From contig NC_068984.1 in NCBI RefSeq assembly GCF_001194135.2, positions 20,007,635-20,071,634 of the forward strand: a DNA stretch of 64,000 bases. Reading direction: 5' to 3'. A model generated the notes under the pieces. It did not search any database and was not told where the DNA came from. It worked only from the letters and a program-made list of their open reading frames with translations. Shown here in pieces: positions 63,150 through 64,000 of the stretch (the stretch's first letter is position 1; every line of letters begins with the position of its first letter). The stretch is from Octopus bimaculoides (lineage: Eukaryota). Position numbers and translations under genes: made by a program.

Positions 63150-63480
63150 CGAGTTTGGATTGCTTGATGAGGATTACCTCTTTTCTTCATAAAGTCCTCA
63201 AGTGGCCATAGATGAGGATAGGCACGAAAACCGAATTGAAAATAGCCAAGTTTGGGGAATTTTTTACCAACCTATTTTCTTCTGAAGGTCCAGTGCTGGA
63301 GCTGGTGCATTACTGTGCCAGCAACTGTCATTCTAACATCCAGTTCAACACCCTGCCTTTCATCACTCGTCTATACTGTCCCGAAATACTTAAACTTCAC
63401 TTATCTCAAGTATGTTTCACTAACACGCAGAGATCTGAGATTAAACAACGATATTTGTGTTCTTGTTTCAACTCCCTGAT
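63150..63480 (-). mobile_element. RTE-clade (Expander/Rex3-like) LINE, decayed post-RT region
   Basis: The reverse complement translates to VKFKYFGTV*TSDERQGVELDVRMTVAGTVMHQL...KLAIFNSVFVPILIYGH, matching the FKYLG...KL.IF.S.FVP.L.YGHE motifs. Confidence 0.82.
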
Positions 63481-63569
63481 TTAAAGTATCTTGTCGAAGT
63501 CATATCCGCTTGAGTCACAGGACTCCACCAAACTCTCTCATGGAAATGAAATTCTGTAAACAGCAAAGC

Positions 63570-63880
63570 ATTGCAGTATGGTTAAGATGTTTGCTTTGCA
63601 ACTCCTTGGCTTCGGGTTCAGTCCCACTGCGCAGCATTTTGGGTAAGTGTCCTCTATGCTGGCTTCGGGCCGACCAATGTCTGAAAGTGAATTCTGGTGG
63701 ACGGAAACGGAGTGGAAGTCCATCGAATATGTTGTGTATGTGCGTGCGTACCTATGTTTTGTGCGTGTGTCCACCACCACCACCACTGCTTGAAAACCGG
63801 TGTTGGTCTGTTAACGTCTCCGTAACTTAGCAGTTCGATAAAAAGTTACGATAGAATAAGTACCAGACTTTAAAAAATAA
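63570..63880 (+). mobile_element. SINE family B
   Basis: GGGTTCAGTCCCACTGCGCAGCATTTTGGGTAAGTGTC...CGTAACTTAGCAGTTCG..GATAGAATAAGTAC. Confidence 0.85.
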
Positions 63881-64000
63881 CAATAATAAGGGAGCGATTT
63901 ATTCGACTAGCCCCTAATAACGGAAGCAAGTAAAAAGCAAAATAATTTAATTTTGTGTGTGTGTTTGTGCGCGTGTAGGTGTGCGTGAGTGGGTGGGTGC

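Overview
This is AT-rich, repeat-saturated animal genomic DNA from a gapped short-read scaffold, with about 18 N-gaps, most flanked by (TA)n or other microsatellites. The SINE families look like those I recall from Octopus, so the source is probably a coleoid cephalopod (inference). I found no intact, confidently identifiable host gene. Nearly all listed ORFs are microsatellite or gap artefacts, or transposon debris. Supported content: (1) three abundant tRNA-derived SINE families (my labels A, B, C), some nested or dimeric; (2) LINE 3' remnants of the RTE (x3), Tx1/L1 (x3) and R4/Dong-like RLE (x2) types; (3) an internally deleted Gypsy element; (4) two decayed hAT transposases, hAT MITEs, a mariner deletion derivative and several fold-back elements; (5) a 5S rRNA pseudogene; (6) nine minimal type-I hammerhead-ribozyme-like motifs in Penelope-like repeats. 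The most interesting signals are: a four-copy repeat carrying a hammerhead with a fixed non-canonical core (CUGUNGA); a Tx1-type LINE whose three copies all sit in (TATC)n microsatellites and whose 3' end matches a SINE tail; a SINE dimer that inserted as one unit with a 19-bp target-site duplication; and an isolated candidate C2H2 zinc-finger exon. Family assignments come from my recognition of protein and RNA motifs. No database searches were run.
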